Shown piece after piece: positions 12,530 to 26,122 of a stretch of DNA of 64,000 nucleotides. The stretch is taken from contig JAYWIR010000015.1 in the NCBI GenBank assembly GCA_036172245.1, forward strand, positions 1,922,001-1,986,000, read 5' to 3'. This stretch comes from Raillietiella orientalis. Lineage: Eukaryota. Each line of letters begins with the position of its first letter. Positions within the stretch are counted from its first letter, which is position 1. The notes beneath the pieces are model-generated. The model made no database searches and was not told where the DNA came from. It saw only the letters and a list, made by a program, of their open reading frames with translations. The position numbers and the translations under genes were made by a program.

Positions 12530-15100
12530 TACTTTCCACATTCTCCTAGGATTTTCAAGACGGAACCAGGAAACCTTTGTGACGACGACGATCCGATGAA
12601 TGCAAGAAGGAAACGGTGGAAAACCTCAAAGGAAGGCAAAGAAATTTGAGCTGTTGCAAAGCAATCCGTGAGTGGAAAAGCGGCGTTTCATCTTAACAGT
12701 GGAGAACAATTGAGCGAGATCATCGGTAATTGTTCCCAGATAGACTGAGAAATGCATCATGATACACCTTGCGATTGGTTGCTTGATGGATGATCGAGTC
12801 AAATAATCTATCAGATGAAAGATGAGACATCGCCATATTGGAAAATTCGACCTGCTTCCATTAGCACAAAAAAAAATATCCCGAGCGCGGCTTCTGGATG
12901 TGGAGGACAGTTGCCGAATAGTGGTCATCTATGCTCTTCTCTGCCATCTCCAACCACTTCCCATTGTGGCCGAGGAAACCCACAAATGTGAAGCTACGCA
13001 AACTGAAAATCACGTCCACAGATGGAACGTGCGCTTGATCAGGCTGAGAGGATCGCGTCCTCGAAGCAGAGCTCTTACAGCTCACAGTCGCAGATTATGC
13101 CACCGGGCACACGGGGGCACACACCAATGGCTCTCCAAAAGGCTCCAAGGATAAGCAGTAATGGAAAACTGCTCTCCTTCCTTCAAGATGGGATTTTTGC
13201 GTCGTTTGACCTCAGCCTGAGTCACTCGATCAAAGATCGCTGCCATCCTTTGACAAGAACCGTCATCCTGCGCGTCTGATGCGCTTCTTCGTGGAACAAA
13301 TGCTACCACTTTCTACTCTCATGCCGCAAGTGCTTCTAGGAAAAATTGGATTTCTCATAACAGCAGACAAGCAAATCTTCTTTCATGCGTAGGTCACCTT
13401 TGCTAGCTCAAGAAAATACCTGAACGGGAAACACAAGAGCGAGTATTTCGTGGGTTTTGCGTATTTGGGGAAAAGACATCTGGAGATCCCTGCTCTGTGC
13501 AGCCCAGCGTGTGTGATGTGCAGCCCTTTCACGTTGTGATCCGTGATAATTCGTCTTTTTGCTCAAGAGATCAACTCGTTCGCAGATTCATTGGGAGCTC
13601 AAAAAAAAGAGGCGGGGCGAGAGCTGGGGATTCCGCGGCTGTCCCCCCTGACAAAATGAGGCGTCCATGGTCGTCAGTTTGCTTCTGGCATCCAATATGG
13701 CAAACACGCTGGAGCCAGGGTCGGAAACCAAGAAGACATCGACGCCCAATATCCATCTGATGCACGCGTGGGTGGAAGATTTTCGGAGACGACTCAGCAG
13801 CCTCACTACAGGTGGAGCAGGAAAAAAACACCACATGAGGATGGTGAAGATCGCAAAGAATCTGCCCTCCGTCCTATGCGGTCCCTCTGTCCACTTTGGT
13901 CTTCTGATCCAGGGGATTTTGTTTTTGCTTAAGAGATCGACTGTTTATCCAAACCAGCTGCACCGCCATTCTTACATCAACAGATACAAAAATCTCGAAA
14001 TTGTTTGGCTTTCGCACGTATCTCACCGAATCCCTGTAAAGAGATCTGATGAAACTTTCATTCTCCCGTATCCCGCATAAGAGCCAGCATTGCGATTCGC
14101 GGGAGCAAGATCTTTGATTTCTTCCTCTGCCGGTTCTTCGTTTGCAAATGCAGAGGAGTTGCAACACCTCAAACTGGTGTGGTCGAGGAGCTTCCCGAGA
14201 ATTCCTGATGCACAGTGGCTGCTGTTTCCCAACATTCTTCGGAAAGAATCAAGCGAAAGTATTGCTCCCCGAGAGTTTCTCGAGTGCGCGTTTCGAAATA
14301 ACCTCTGGGACGAGGGAACGAGCAGCAGCACGCCGACTTGAGAGTCGCTCTTGGAGGCAGCGACAAGGCCACTTCCTCTCCGAGTTCAGATCGGGAACGG
14401 AAAGCAGGCCCTCTGGCGCGAATCCTCCTCTCATCATGCAGCAGACCTGCGTCCACGTCCTCTCACTGCCGGTCCACGGGAGGTTTCATTCGGCTCGGTA
14501 TCGCCATTCCCGTGTGCTCGCATCTGCATGGTACCTGCGCTGTTCAAGAGAGCGTGTAAATCACCGGTTCGAATCAGCCCCGCCATCGGTCAGGATGACC
14601 GCTCGACCGCTTTTTCAGACCGCTGTTCAGGCAGATGTGAATGATATCAGGTGGGATGATGAAAGACTCCTCCACGTTGGTGTGAGACTACGGACTCTAA
14701 TTTGAACTTCGTCTTAGCCATCTACCGCTTTTCCCGTTTCCCGTAGTCAAGCGCTGATTGCGGAGATCATCATCCGTCTCCGAGCACTCCAGAGTCGACT
14801 TGTAATTAGTCTCCTCTGTGAAGAATTTTTTTTTTTGTATAGTCCCTGCTTTGCTCACAAGGATGGTTTGCCCAGATGACGAAATGCGGAACCTGGCAAT
14901 CCATTTCGTTCCCAAGAAGCATGACAAGAACGAGTTAGGATCTCTGTTTGACAATTCGCGAGAACCTGCTGCCATAGAGATGGAAAGAATTACCTCGATA
15001 GCATTGATGTGGGGAAGGAAGGAGGGGGGGAGGGAAGAGTCGAAGATGGTCACGGTCGAAGATGATTGGATTCGTGTATGCCGCTCTAGGAAGACGAGAA
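12530..15100 (-). pseudogene. R4/Dong-like non-LTR retrotransposon, decayed and internally deleted
   Basis: Collinear minus-strand motifs: EEIKD...AGYGR (pre-RT), RKSSTHACIRWIL, QLSPRLFFL (QGDSLSPLLF-like), FRYFLE (YKYLG-like), AILSA*, HIQKPRSGY (RPD-like). Confidence 0.5.
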
Positions 15101-15719
15101 TTTAAAATAACCCCTGCAGCTTCCTGCAAGATCCAGAAGACCCTCCCGTTTGTTTCTGAGGTCATGGTGAGCTGCGTTGTTTGCGCGTTCACTCTGATGC
15201 GTCGCTCCCGGAGACCAAAAGCGGAAATGGAAACCTTGGAGGAATGAAGGCTGCGGGGTTCTCGTTAGTCGTAGCGTTTCCTGAAGAATGTTTTTAGAAA
15301 CCAGGACATGCTAGCCTCTAGGGCTCCTCAACTTCGAAATGGACTTACTTAGAGAACTCGATCCTTCATCGGTCAAGAAACCTGCCTGACCGTTCCAGAG
15401 CAGGTGGGAGATCGCAGTGTTTTATAGCAGCACCTTCTTTTCCGTCCTTTTCCTATTTGAAGAACGAAAGAGGAATCTTCAACTTTTCAGCAGTCACCGA
15501 AATCACGAAAAGATAAAGACGGCCTTCAGACTATGTCGACCATGCATTTCGTTGCATCATCTATTTATAGATATGAAAATCTAAAAAGAACAAACAAGAA
15601 ATCCATCTATTCCATCCAAAAATGGCTCGTTCCAAACCCCCAAAGAGTTCAGGTTCCAAAAATGTGAACTAGAAAGAATTCCAAGCCTGAAAGCGGCGAA
15701 GTTGCAGTCGTTCGTGTTC

Positions 15720-16250
15720 AGTGTTTGTACATAGCTCGAGCGTGCACGCTCTCAAGCAGCACGCCCCAAGCAATGGGGAGAGACTTCGTCGTGTCTTTGC
15801 TCACCTTTCACCTGGATCTCTCTTCACGCCCCACAGTCCTCCCCCGTCGTCAACCCTTCGAAAATTTTGGAACTCCAATTCGTGCATCCATCAGACTCTG
15901 CGTCTCTCGAGGAACAGTCAAACCGGCGTGCTCTTCGTGCCCGAACGGTTCGGTGACCACCGCGGTTTGGCCACGTTACTGAAGAACTCTTTCACTCTCG
16001 GCAGTCGTCCGCGACGAATGCTCCTGGAGAGTGGCACAAGGAGGGAAGCACGCAGCTCGTCCCCCTTGGTGTGCTCGCCTCGAAATCTTCGAACCTGTTG
16101 GGTAGTCAGGACCATGACCTCAGAACGGATAGACTGCCAGACCTCCACCCCAGGATACATTGTAAAAGATGGAAGAGCAGCAGCAGCAAACTACGTGCTG
16201 TCGTTTGTGAGAATCACACAACAGAAATCGACCGGTCACTCGGAGTGACC
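15720..16250 (+). pseudogene. L1/Tx1-like AP-endonuclease relic
   Basis: HAPSNGERLRRVFAHL (YAP...R..FF..L) and VPERFGDHRGL (FSDH-like). Confidence 0.5.
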
Positions 16251-16289
16251 AGCGGCACCGATTCGGAACGACTTCGGGAGTCCCCGTAG

Positions 16290-18220
16290 CGCGTGCGTTG
16301 CTCCCCAAATGCAGATGCGGTGAGACGCTTGGCTTCTCCCCCAATAAAACAGCCCTGCGCGCACATCACCGGCAGCACAAGCGAATGCACGCGCACGTGC
16401 TCTTGGCTTCCGGCGTCCTTGCGCCTCCTTGCTGCACGGCGTGTGTCAGGATGGGACGCAGCATCTCCTCTCATTCAGTCGTCCCAGCGTCTCCGGGAGT
16501 GGAAAGTCAGGAACACGTTCGCGGTCCGCACTGTTCCCAGCGAGGGAGCGCGTCGGGATGCAGCATCCCGATTCAGAGTTGCCAGAAGGACGCAGCTCCT
16601 CCGAGGTCTCCAATTTCGCGCCGCCGCGTAGAGAGATTCGAAAGGGGAACCGCTCCCCTCCCGTGGGACAGGCCCTTATCCGCGGCGTAGGCGAGGCTAC
16701 AAGACGCGTTTCGCTGGCCTGTGGGTCATGGATGCCGACCTAGGATGGCGTGTTCAGCTCGCCTCGAGGCAGAAGAGTTTCATTCTGGAAAACTGCCGCA
16801 ACCTCGCGCTTTTCTGCAGGATGCCTCAGGAAGTGAGGGGGCACCCCGTTCCTTCTCAGTTTTGGGATCAGCGCTGTGTTCCCGGGATGCAAGCTCAGTG
16901 GAATCTTCGCTCAGTCCGGATGACCGTCCAAGGTTCCCAGCATCTTCGCCTCCAGATGGACAGCAGAGAGACAGGCTGCCTCCCGTGGGGGGCTCGACAG
17001 TCGGTTGCCGCTAGCGCTCCCCAGGGCGCGGGCCTGCCAGACCCTTGAGCGACGCGCGATCCAGGACACTGCGCCGGCGTGCGAAGCCTCTCGCGGGGAG
17101 ACCCGCTGGTGAGGATCTTCAAGCAGCCAGAGGACTCCTCAGTGGATCCCATTCCGAAGCGATTTCGGAGTTTCAGGATTCTCCGTCTCCTCCCCTTCTC
17201 CACCGCCGGCGTGCGCTGCCGTCTTGCTGCCGGCGCACTGGGGGCTCCTCCACCAGTCTGAGAGAGGCAGACCTGTATGTCGGTGAGAGGTGGTCACAGG
17301 ACCTGCACGGAGAAAGGTTCGCCTTCCCGCTGTCCGTCTTCTGCCATGTGCTTAGCGACGGTGGCAGTCTCCAGAGTGAGGGATGAGACCCCCTTCGAGA
17401 CCGCTTCGCCCTCATGAGGAGTCGTGGATGGGCCGCTGAGACTGGAAAGCGGGAAAACGAGTTCGCGAATTCAGTGGCTTGAGAGTGGGACCTGCTGAAC
17501 CCGTGACGGTGCCCCGTTTTCTCCCTTCCTCCCACCCTTCCTAGACAGGAGCGCGCGAACCACCTCGCCTTGGTTTCTTTGTTGGCCCCTCCATCTCCCG
17601 TTACACCCCCACCCCTCGTCTTTGTGTCCGCGACGAGGTTCGAACCCGTTTTGAGGGGTTCCGATAAGGTCACGCGTGGGAAGCATAGGCAGGGGAGTGT
17701 CCCAACAGAGTGCCGAAATTCTTGAAAGGGGGCTGTCAGTTTAGGGTTGGCTGCGGAGAAGGCTGCGAGAGGAGGGGAGAAGCACGTAAGCGAGGGAAAA
17801 CAAGGCAGGGGAAGGGAGGTGGAGGAGAAAGGATCAGAAGTTAGTGCACTGAGCCTTGTGCGGCAGTTTCCACCATCTCCTCCTGTCGAGGTGTGACCCT
17901 CTAGTCGCCCTCCTCGGCGTGCAGCTAGTCGTGCAGGTGGCATCCCGGTGCTGCGGGTGCTGCTCGACAACAGCTCCGCCTGGAGCGCCAACCCTGAGGC
18001 GGAACCCTCTGGGTCGGATACGAAGTCGTTTCGGATGTCCCGGGTGCGTCTTCCAGCTGCAGCGGGACTGCCGATGGGCGTCGCCAGCTGCGCCACGACC
18101 ATAAGACAGGGGAAACGGTCCCGTTCCTTGCCCCTAACACGGTTCCGGGTAGCACTCCCCCTCTGGCGAGTAAAGTTTGGTGAGAAGGGAAACCCTCCGG
18201 GTGGTGCTTGCTGCACTTTT
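16290..18220 (-). pseudogene. L1/Tx1-like ORF1 plus APE relic
   Basis: 347-aa minus-strand frame with decayed knuckles (KTGHRH, PCRSCDHL), followed by ILG.. and AKLETS (WKLN.S-like); 16600-16750 is homologous to 28430-28700. Confidence 0.45.
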
Positions 18221-18974
18221 CATCTTGGAGCACACTGCTGAAAGTTCACACTGGATGAGAGATCCCCACGAAGACTTTAACCTTCTGGCGCTCGCTTCCC
18301 TTCATGTCTCTCCCTTCCTTCCGAGTCCTCTTCCTCCAGATGGGTCTCTGTGTGACTTCCGAGGCGTTTCTTCCTCTCGCAAGGACATCTTTTCATGGTT
18401 CTTGCAACAGTGGCGAGGTCTCGTGCCACTTTTCACAGCACCGTGGCAGCGCCTGCTGTCCTGAGACTCCAGCAGCATCTGCTAACTGGGGACTGAACCT
18501 AGGGTTACGAGCCTGGAATGAGCCTCAACTGAATCCCATCAAAGGGAAAGGGAATCGTCCCTACTGCGTGACAGAACTGCAGAGTTGGTACTCCTTCCTC
18601 TTGGAAACCACGTGCTTCTTTATTGCCGTCTATGTACTGTCCTTTCTCATTATGCATCTAGTCTCTTTTTCTGAGAAAAACCAAGCGCCGGACGTGGTCC
18701 CTGATTGGACCGGACAAAGAAGGAAGCTGGCTTCCCGCCTCGCGAAGCCAACAGCCACCCCTCCGTCGTGAACTCCTCATCTCGGCTTTTCGGGACAATT
18801 ATTTAAAATGAATGAATAAAATGAATGTGCAACCAGAAAGAGTCTGACACTGCCGCACCGAAACGAAAGGGTGAAACTTCTCTGAAGGTATGGCCTTTCC
18901 TATCCGTGCTCCCAGTGGTGCGGTGGATGAATGGCGAAGGAGAAAATCAGTATGCGGGTGGTTTATCACCCGTT

Positions 18975-20200
18975 CACTTCATTATAGAAAGCAAACATAC
19001 ATGTGTGGGACCATCGGACCTACATTGTCCGAAAATGTTCGGAACCTGCCGAGTAGCCGACACACAGGTCGGCGAGGTCCGCCTCGGCGGCGGAGGGAGA
19101 AGGGGTAAACGAAAACAAAACTAAATAAAAAAAACTCTGGGGAACACGGGAAAGGATCTCTGTTTACTGGAGGGAGTCCTCTACATCCTTTCCAGGATGC
19201 CGGCAAGTTCCATCCGAGTATGCCGCAGGTGGGGCCATCTAGCTGCCGTCCACAGGAAGCACAGGGAGAAGCAGATGGTGTCCCGTTCGTGCCGTCCTCC
19301 TCTACTGGAGTGGATCCAGGCCGCAGCAATCCCACCTAGGCAGCAGAAAGCTGCTAGATGACGTCCTGCAGCGAGCAGTTCTTGTAGAAGCAGCTCAGCA
19401 GTCGCTGCCCCATCTCCGGGATCGCTTCGTTGTTCTTCGCCCACGTGCGAACGGTTTCCTGAAACCAGGCACTACCATTCGCGGTTCGGCAAGAGGTCCA
19501 GCTGTTGGTCCTGATCAACTTGGTCACTCGCCAGAGCTCCAGTCCGCAACTGGACACGTTGTGTCTGCGTCGCGGTGCCAGAAACGAAAACAGTTTCGCG
19601 TAGCCGGTGGCTCTCTTGACCAGATATGGTGCGGTCTCGCGCCAGTTTGTTCTCCAAAGCTTCGCCGCTAGGGCAAGTGTCCTCCACTGGAGCTGCCGCT
19701 CCGGGCGCTCGAGCGTCAGGAGGCCGAGGCCACTGTCGCGACGCGGAGCGCACAAGTCCTTCAGGTGGAGTCAGGACTTCCCTGTATTCCAAAGAACGAT
19801 TCTCAAGAATCTTTCGTCCGCCACTCTGTACTGCTCGGTGGGAAGCAAACAAAGGCAGGGGGAAGATGGAGTATGGGGTGGAGTCCACCAGCGTTAAACC
19901 GTGATCACGTTGCCCATGGGGAGGCGAGCAAATAGGGTGTTGGGATTTGCTCGGTTACCGCTTTCCAGAATCCAGACCTGATCGTGATCCCGTTCTGGGG
20001 TTCTCTCCCCCTTCCAAGAATCGGCTGCAGCTCCCGGAGGAGCACGGCAGAGGAAGACGAGCGAAAATGGCGAGGCGACGCCCCGCTGCACCTCCAAGAG
20101 AAGCACCGGTAAGGAGGAGTCACCGACTAAAAACAAGTGCCTCGCAGTGAGGAAATCTGTAATGAAGAACTGGTCTTGGAAGTTCTCCCTTCCTTCTCGT
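18975..20200 (-). pseudogene. Tx1-like LINE family A, 3' part with tail
   Basis: CAPRRDSGLGLLTLERPERQLQWRT (P...GGLG motif) and LWTAARWPHL, then a T-rich tract and stem-loop 3' UTR shared with the copies at 25.2, 27.2 and 46.8 kb. Confidence 0.8.
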
Positions 20201-20224
20201 TCCGTGGTCGAAGAGGCCATGGGT

Positions 20225-20760
20225 TCACCAAAGCCCCAAATTGACCATTTGGGACTGCGAGCGACTCGCTACCAGCGGCAACTGCCACAAGATGCCACTG
20301 TTCCGATACTGCGGGAAAAGGCACCGGACGTTTTGCCCCACAGGAGACGCGTGGTCCAAAATAACAAGGAAGAATCTTCGGGAACCCATTTCCTCAAACC
20401 ATGACGTCATTTCCATGGCTGTCAGACGCCGCTACGGGACCTGGAACATGGACCAGTAGACGGTCGGAGACACAATTTGAAAGAAACGATCTGCCACTAG
20501 ACACTCAGGATGGCTTTTCCATACTTTACCACGGAGGACCCGAGTGGATCAAGGATCGGACACCGGGCAGGCAACATTCAAGACGAATTCTTCAAGGCAC
20601 GTAGGACTGAGAAAACTCAGCTCGACGTTTCGCCTGCCCAACACTGCGCCAAAACTGACAGTGCTGAAGGAGATGAAAATCCCACAGAGCAGTCCAAGGA
20701 TGCAAATCTCGGAGAGCTTGTTTGCACAGAAAAAACAAAGAAACCAAAAAGGAAGATGAA
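20225..20760 (+). pseudogene. Tx1-like LINE family B, ORF2 C-terminal relic
   Basis: DCERLATSG and NDLPLDTQDGFSILYHGG are homologous to the copies at 24.5, 33.0 and 56.1 kb. Confidence 0.75.
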
Positions 20761-20819
20761 AATTCTTTTGAGTTCTTCTGTTTCCTCTGTTTTTCTCCCA
20801 GTAAAAACTGGAAAGTAGT

Positions 20820-21672
20820 TTTTCTTCCGGGTTTTCTTTTTCTAGTTCGCTGAGTGCTGAAGGACCGTTCGCCTCCGTAGGGGAGGCTCACGAAGCTCTC
20901 CTTTCACTCCATCCACGCCATCCAAGGGCACGCGTAACTCTGCAATTTAAAAGGGATAACCCCGAGAGGGGATCATCCCATGAATCCAGGAAGACTTCGG
21001 TGGAAGGAATTTGTTCCTCTTGTGTTTGGTAGGGAACCCGGAAAGGAACCCTTATCCTGCTTGTCTCCGGAGGGAACTACTTCTTATTCCCTCTAAAGGG
21101 ACCCCCCGGTTTGTAAGGCCACGCCTCATTTCTTCTCCAAAGGGAACCAGGAAAAAATTCTCTCCTGAACTTCTCCTGTGGGAACCGCAAAAGAACCGCT
21201 CCCTGTTGTTGCTCCCCTAAAAAAAACCCCGAAGAATATCCCTGAAGGAAACCTTGAAAAACCACAAATTTCCCTAAAGCGAGTTCCCCGAAGGGAGCAG
21301 CGTGTTTCTTAACACTTTGATGAGGCAACCCCAGTGGAAGGTATCAACCAGCTCCATAGATAAGCGATGAAGGGCTGCTCTCCGAAGGGAGAGACAGCTC
21401 CATTTTCACAGCCGGAGGAGGAACCCAGAAGGAAACCGGCTCTGTGATTCCTGGAAGGACTCCAGAGAGTCGAATTTCAAACCCGGTCACTCCTCAAGAG
21501 CATCCAGTTTTTCAGCTTCCATCAGTACCGCACCCGAATGGGCCAACTAGCGCCACCTTGCGGGGAAAACTCGAAACACACGACTAACCCATTTCTTAGC
21601 GTGGACCTTTTCCGGGTATTCGAACCCGCAGCGCTTGGCAACCCGCGCGAAGACAGGCGTCTACAAGCGCGC
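20820..21672 (-). mobile_element. tRNA-derived SINE, copy 3
   Basis: Tail GCACTCAGCGAACTAG(A)n, GGGTTCCC-rich body and head B box GGTTCGAATAC. Confidence 0.7.
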
Positions 21673-22039
21673 GTTGACGTCCTTGTGGCTGGGGTCTCCA
21701 CGCGACGAGGACGTCCCCCTGATACAATCCTATGGTGCGAGCAGCAACTGACCTCATTATCGCAAGCATTGTGACAGGGGAAAAGGAAGGAAAGCAACAC
21801 TGCCGTGGACATCTTGAACGGAACTATTTAGAAAGAGAACGGCGACACTAGAATTGCTGCACCTTGAGGAAAGGTCGAGGGTACATCCCAAGTGAGAGGA
21901 ATGTCCAACACGTGAACGTGAACCCAAAAAAGACGTGAACCCGAAAAAGTGACACATGTTAGTGCCTCGAACGAAGATGTTTGGAACCAGCTGCAAGTGT
22001 GACCTTCTCGACTCTAGGTCACTGTCAGTCGTCTTGTGC

Positions 22040-23050
22040 AATTGCTTTTGCGTCAGATCACGCTATCCTCAAGAAAGACTCTAACGAAACACAGCATCTG
22101 CAAGTCTACGTACAACTTCGAGAACCACGTCTCAGGACCACCCTTGTATAACGAGCACATTTCGGACACGCCAACACCCCAAACGAACTCCACAGCACAT
22201 CATCACTCAGTATTGTTCAAAACACGGCACCAAGCCCTGGATATCAAGGAAAGCAAACAAACGACGACCATTCATTCTACGAAAAGCAAGTCCAAACAAC
22301 ACAAAGTCTTTCAGAAGGGGACGGCAGCGGCGACAAGAAACGAATACAGTTTCGCGTAGCCGGTGGCTCGCTTGACCAGATATCATGCGGACTCGCACCA
22401 GTTCGTGCTCCAAAGCTTCGCCACCAGGGTAAGTGTCCTCCACTGGAGTTCCTGCTCGAGGCGCTCCAGCGTCAGGAGGCGAGGCCACCGTCTCGCGCGT
22501 CCTCAATGCATCTCACACAAGTCCTTCAGGCGAACTCGGAGCCTCCCTATGCTCCAGAGAATGATTCTGAGGTCTTCTCTTCCGTTGTTGAGGCCCCTTC
22601 CAGGATCTTGATGCTACTCATCAGTACCATTGAGTGCCTTGGTTTTGCCAAAGCTCGCACGACCTGTGGGTTATCCTCCCCTCCAATGTTTTTTTGTAGG
22701 CGAGAGCTCTCTGTGGGTAGATAACCACACTGTTCGACAGTCGTTCGCACTCTTCCAACGTCGTTTTTCTGTTCTGGATCAGTTTCTCGTTTCCCAAGGA
22801 ACGCTGATGAACAACGGGATCAACTTGGTGAGTTCCTTTCTCCAAAGCACCTTCCTTCTTGGCACAATCTTTAGTTTTTAAGTTCACAGGAGACGTTGGA
22901 TTCATGGCCACGTTAGTTCCACTTGCCTTCAGTCGCCCGCGGTGAGCGCCATGGCGGACATGAGGCTGTCGGTTCTGTGCACCAGCCTTGCGGAGGCGCG
23001 GTGGAACATTGAACGGCCAATCGTTCCATGCGCTCATGATTCGAGCCAGC
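22040..23050 (-). pseudogene. Tx1-like LINE family A relic
   Basis: 22330-22570 aligns with 19570-19810 (LLTLERLEQELQWRT...KRATGYAKL). Confidence 0.75.
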
Positions 23051-23139
23051 TGTCTGGGGTGGCCACTCAGAAGCATTCACACCATGCTCACGAAATCAGT
23101 ATCAGATTACTGATCATTCCAGAGAACTAAATGCTCGTA

Positions 23140-23570
23140 TATATGGGGTGAATCCGGCTTGGAAGCGTGACGTCAGCGTGCACGGCTAGCATGGCCGCCA
23201 ACTATGAAATTGAAAAATGCAGGGTGAGAGACTTGAAAGGAAAGCTCCTCCAGTTCTGCTTTGCGGCCAAACGTGGTGCGGCTACAAGTGGCTCACAACA
23301 TATTACACTATGCTGCAGGCAGTGCGCGAGTAAGAAAATTGATCATGCATAATTTCAAGGCTACGAACTTGGGTTTCAAGGAAAACCCAACGAAGGCGCA
23401 GCTTTGCTCCTTTCTCCGAAATCTTTGTTCTGTGTGGATGGTTTCCCAGCCATTGGCGCCCAGCGTCCGTCTCCTTCGATACGGAGGTGCGAGTCTCTGT
23501 TTTCGAAGAGGAGAGACACATATCGCCCTCCTTGCTCGTGGACGTGATCAACATTTCGGAAGCTGAACTC
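23140..23570 (-). pseudogene. Tc1/mariner-superfamily transposase 3' relic
   Basis: RQWLGNHP...RWVFLETQV resembles VR.WL...FP...WG.LK..VY; possible TA-flanked end near 23140. Confidence 0.4.
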
Positions 23571-24494
23571 TGCCCCTCCGTCTTGGCTTTACGATGATCG
23601 ACGCGGTCACAGCTCCATCTCTGTCAACGAACTTTTGTTTCTCAAGTGAAGACGCTTTGGACGGAATCGGCGCCCATCCACAGCCTCATGCATGGGCATC
23701 ACCCTATCGCTTCCCTCCCTCTCCTCCACACAATCATGGATGTATCTATATATCCATGGCGTGTGGGAGTGTTTCATTTCTTTTCTTTCTTTCTTTCTAA
23801 GTTTCTTTTACGTGTGTGTGTGTGTGTGTGTCTGGCCCCAACTTCCGTTGCAACGCATCAAGCAGCCGACTCGGGAGGGAGTCGAATTCCTCCTAAGGAA
23901 CGTGGATTTAGTGGGAGCAAACTTGAACCCTCTCTGAAAACAACGTTTCTTGCAAACCTTTATCAATAAACGCCTCGGTGCAACCGGATGTCAAACATCG
24001 TTCTATCGCCGACATCTTCGCCGACACGGGAACGGTCCCCAATGCATCACGTAGCGGCGATCAGACAACAAACACAAAGGAGAAAAAAAAACACGAAGCT
24101 TGGGGAAATGGATGCCAGGGTGTTTGGTGTCTACTATTTTCTACGAGAAGTTTCATAAAAATGCAAGATGTCGCCTTTCTAGGGAAAACATTTCCCTCCT
24201 GGGAATTTCAGTAATTTAGAATATAAGCCAATGGGCACTTTTATTCCTATGCGGAGTTCAGTTCAGCTAAAGTTTTTTTTTCTTTTTTTTTCAATTTCGG
24301 AGCGGCAGGAAGCAATCACCTAGAAGCAATGGAATAAATCAAGAGGTGACAAAAATTCTTTATTTTCAAATCTCTAAAGTCAGATGATCACCTCTTAGCA
24401 TTCTCGGTCATTGCAAGCGGTGGGGACCAGATGCGCTAGGAGCAAACCGAGGAGGTCCAACGAACGTCTCCATTTGTTCGCTTCAATTCCTTGC

Positions 24495-25160
24495 CTCGAA
24501 GCAAGGAATTGTGGGTAGGAAAACTGGTCATGCCGACTCCCTATTTCATAAGGGTCCCTCGGGAGATTCGGAAATGGATGATCCAGAGGCCAGGAAAGAG
24601 GACTCGTGACTGCGAGCAGCTCGCCACCAGTGGCGATGGCAGCAGAATGTGGCTACAGCGCTGCATCGTCGCGAAAATGATCGGAAGATTCAGCCGCAGC
24701 GAGCTCCGGAAACATCGAACAGCGAATGCGCTCTCCCTGATCACCAGAGCCAACATCCGCGAGGAAATGAAGGATAAGAAAAAACAAGATCACTCACTGC
24801 ACAAGGGCGACAACGTCAGCCTGCTAGCGGTCGGCAATACGAGGTGGAGGAGTGACCTACCACCGAACACTTAGGATGACCTCCTGATGTACTACCACGG
24901 AGGCTTTTACGAGTAGCTCCCAGACTGAAGCACTAGACAGACAGAAGTCAAGAAGAGCTCCGCATGGCACGAGGAGACAGGGAATCCCAGCTTCAGGCTT
25001 CCACCCCCCCGACTATGCGCCAGAATTGGACAACTCTGAAGGCGGTGATCGGCCTGCACACGAAAATGAAGATGGCGACCTCGGAGGGAACGTTTGAATG
25101 AAACGACAACGTTACCTGATTTGGCCCCCCGTTTCTCATTACCATCGCCCTCTACATCAT
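24495..25160 (+). pseudogene. Tx1-like LINE family B, ORF2 C-terminal relic
   Basis: SKELWVGKLVMPTPYFIRV... continues the RT-bearing copy at 50.4-51.2 kb; 24537-25083 is a near-identical inverted copy of 56060-56606. Confidence 0.85.
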
Positions 25161-25480
25161 CTATTCTGCTGTCCTCTTCATGTGGACAGCGTCAAGATGG
25201 CCCCATCTGGGAGTCTTGAAACAGGAACTTGCCGGAATCCTTACAGGGATGCAGAGGATACCCTCCAGCACACAGTGATCCCTTCCCGAACCCTCCCAAA
25301 TTTTTTTTAATGTATTTTTTGTTTTATTTTTCTTTTTGTTACCCCTTCCCCTCTGCTGACGAGACAAACTTCGCTTGCCTGCGTGCCGGTTCTCGGCAGA
25401 TTGCCATGGTTACATTTGTAACGTGGCAGGACCAAGGGTCCTGATACTGACCTGTATATATATATTTATATATATAAATA
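25160..25480 (+). mobile_element. Tx1-like LINE family A 3' tail
   Basis: VLFMWTASRWPHLG, a T-rich tract, two stem-loops and an AT-rich end; homologous to 46730-47040. Confidence 0.75.
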
Positions 25481-25639
25481 CCTCTGTGCAACTGAGTGTC
25501 AACCCGCTCCTCACAGTGAGCTTCCTGATCACTGCCGGATCACTTCCCACTTGTTCCCAGCTTTCAGACAACCGATCGATGCGTTCACACCGAAGCCATC
25601 ATCTCTGGTAACGCTCCAAAGCACAAGTCATCGGAAGAT

Positions 25640-26122
25640 CTGCGGAGCCAGTGGATCTGCCACATGAGAGCACCAGTGACTCGGCGACTTCCCAGAGATG
25701 GCCACGTTGCAGGACGCGTGGCTGCAGTTTAAATCCCCACGTGGAGGATCGACTCCAGAGAAATGGATGCGTCGTGGGTTTCGAGTCTCCCCATGCATAC
25801 CATGGTTTCCTTTGGAGAAGAAACGAGAAGCGGTCCCTACAAACTGGGGGGTCCCTCCAGTCAAAATGAGGATGAGAGTTCCCTTTGGAGAAACCACAAT
25901 CCCAAGCGTGAGAGCGAAGAAGTCCTTTCTCTTGATCCTTCCTGGATTCATGGAGCAGTCCCCTCCTGGAGTTCCACTAGCTTGATGAGTAAACCTCTGT
26001 GATGTGGGGTGCGTGTTTCTGGTGACTTGGGCAGTGTTAAAGAGCTCTGTGAGCCCCTTACCCTCCCTAGGGAGGTGAACAGCACTTGGCGTACCAAAAA
26101 AAAGAAAAACCAGGAAAAAAAA
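25640..26122 (+). mobile_element. tRNA-derived SINE, copy 4
   Basis: Degenerate B boxes (GTTTAAATCCC; GGGTTTCGAGTC) and tail GCACTTGGCGTACC(A)n. Confidence 0.65.
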
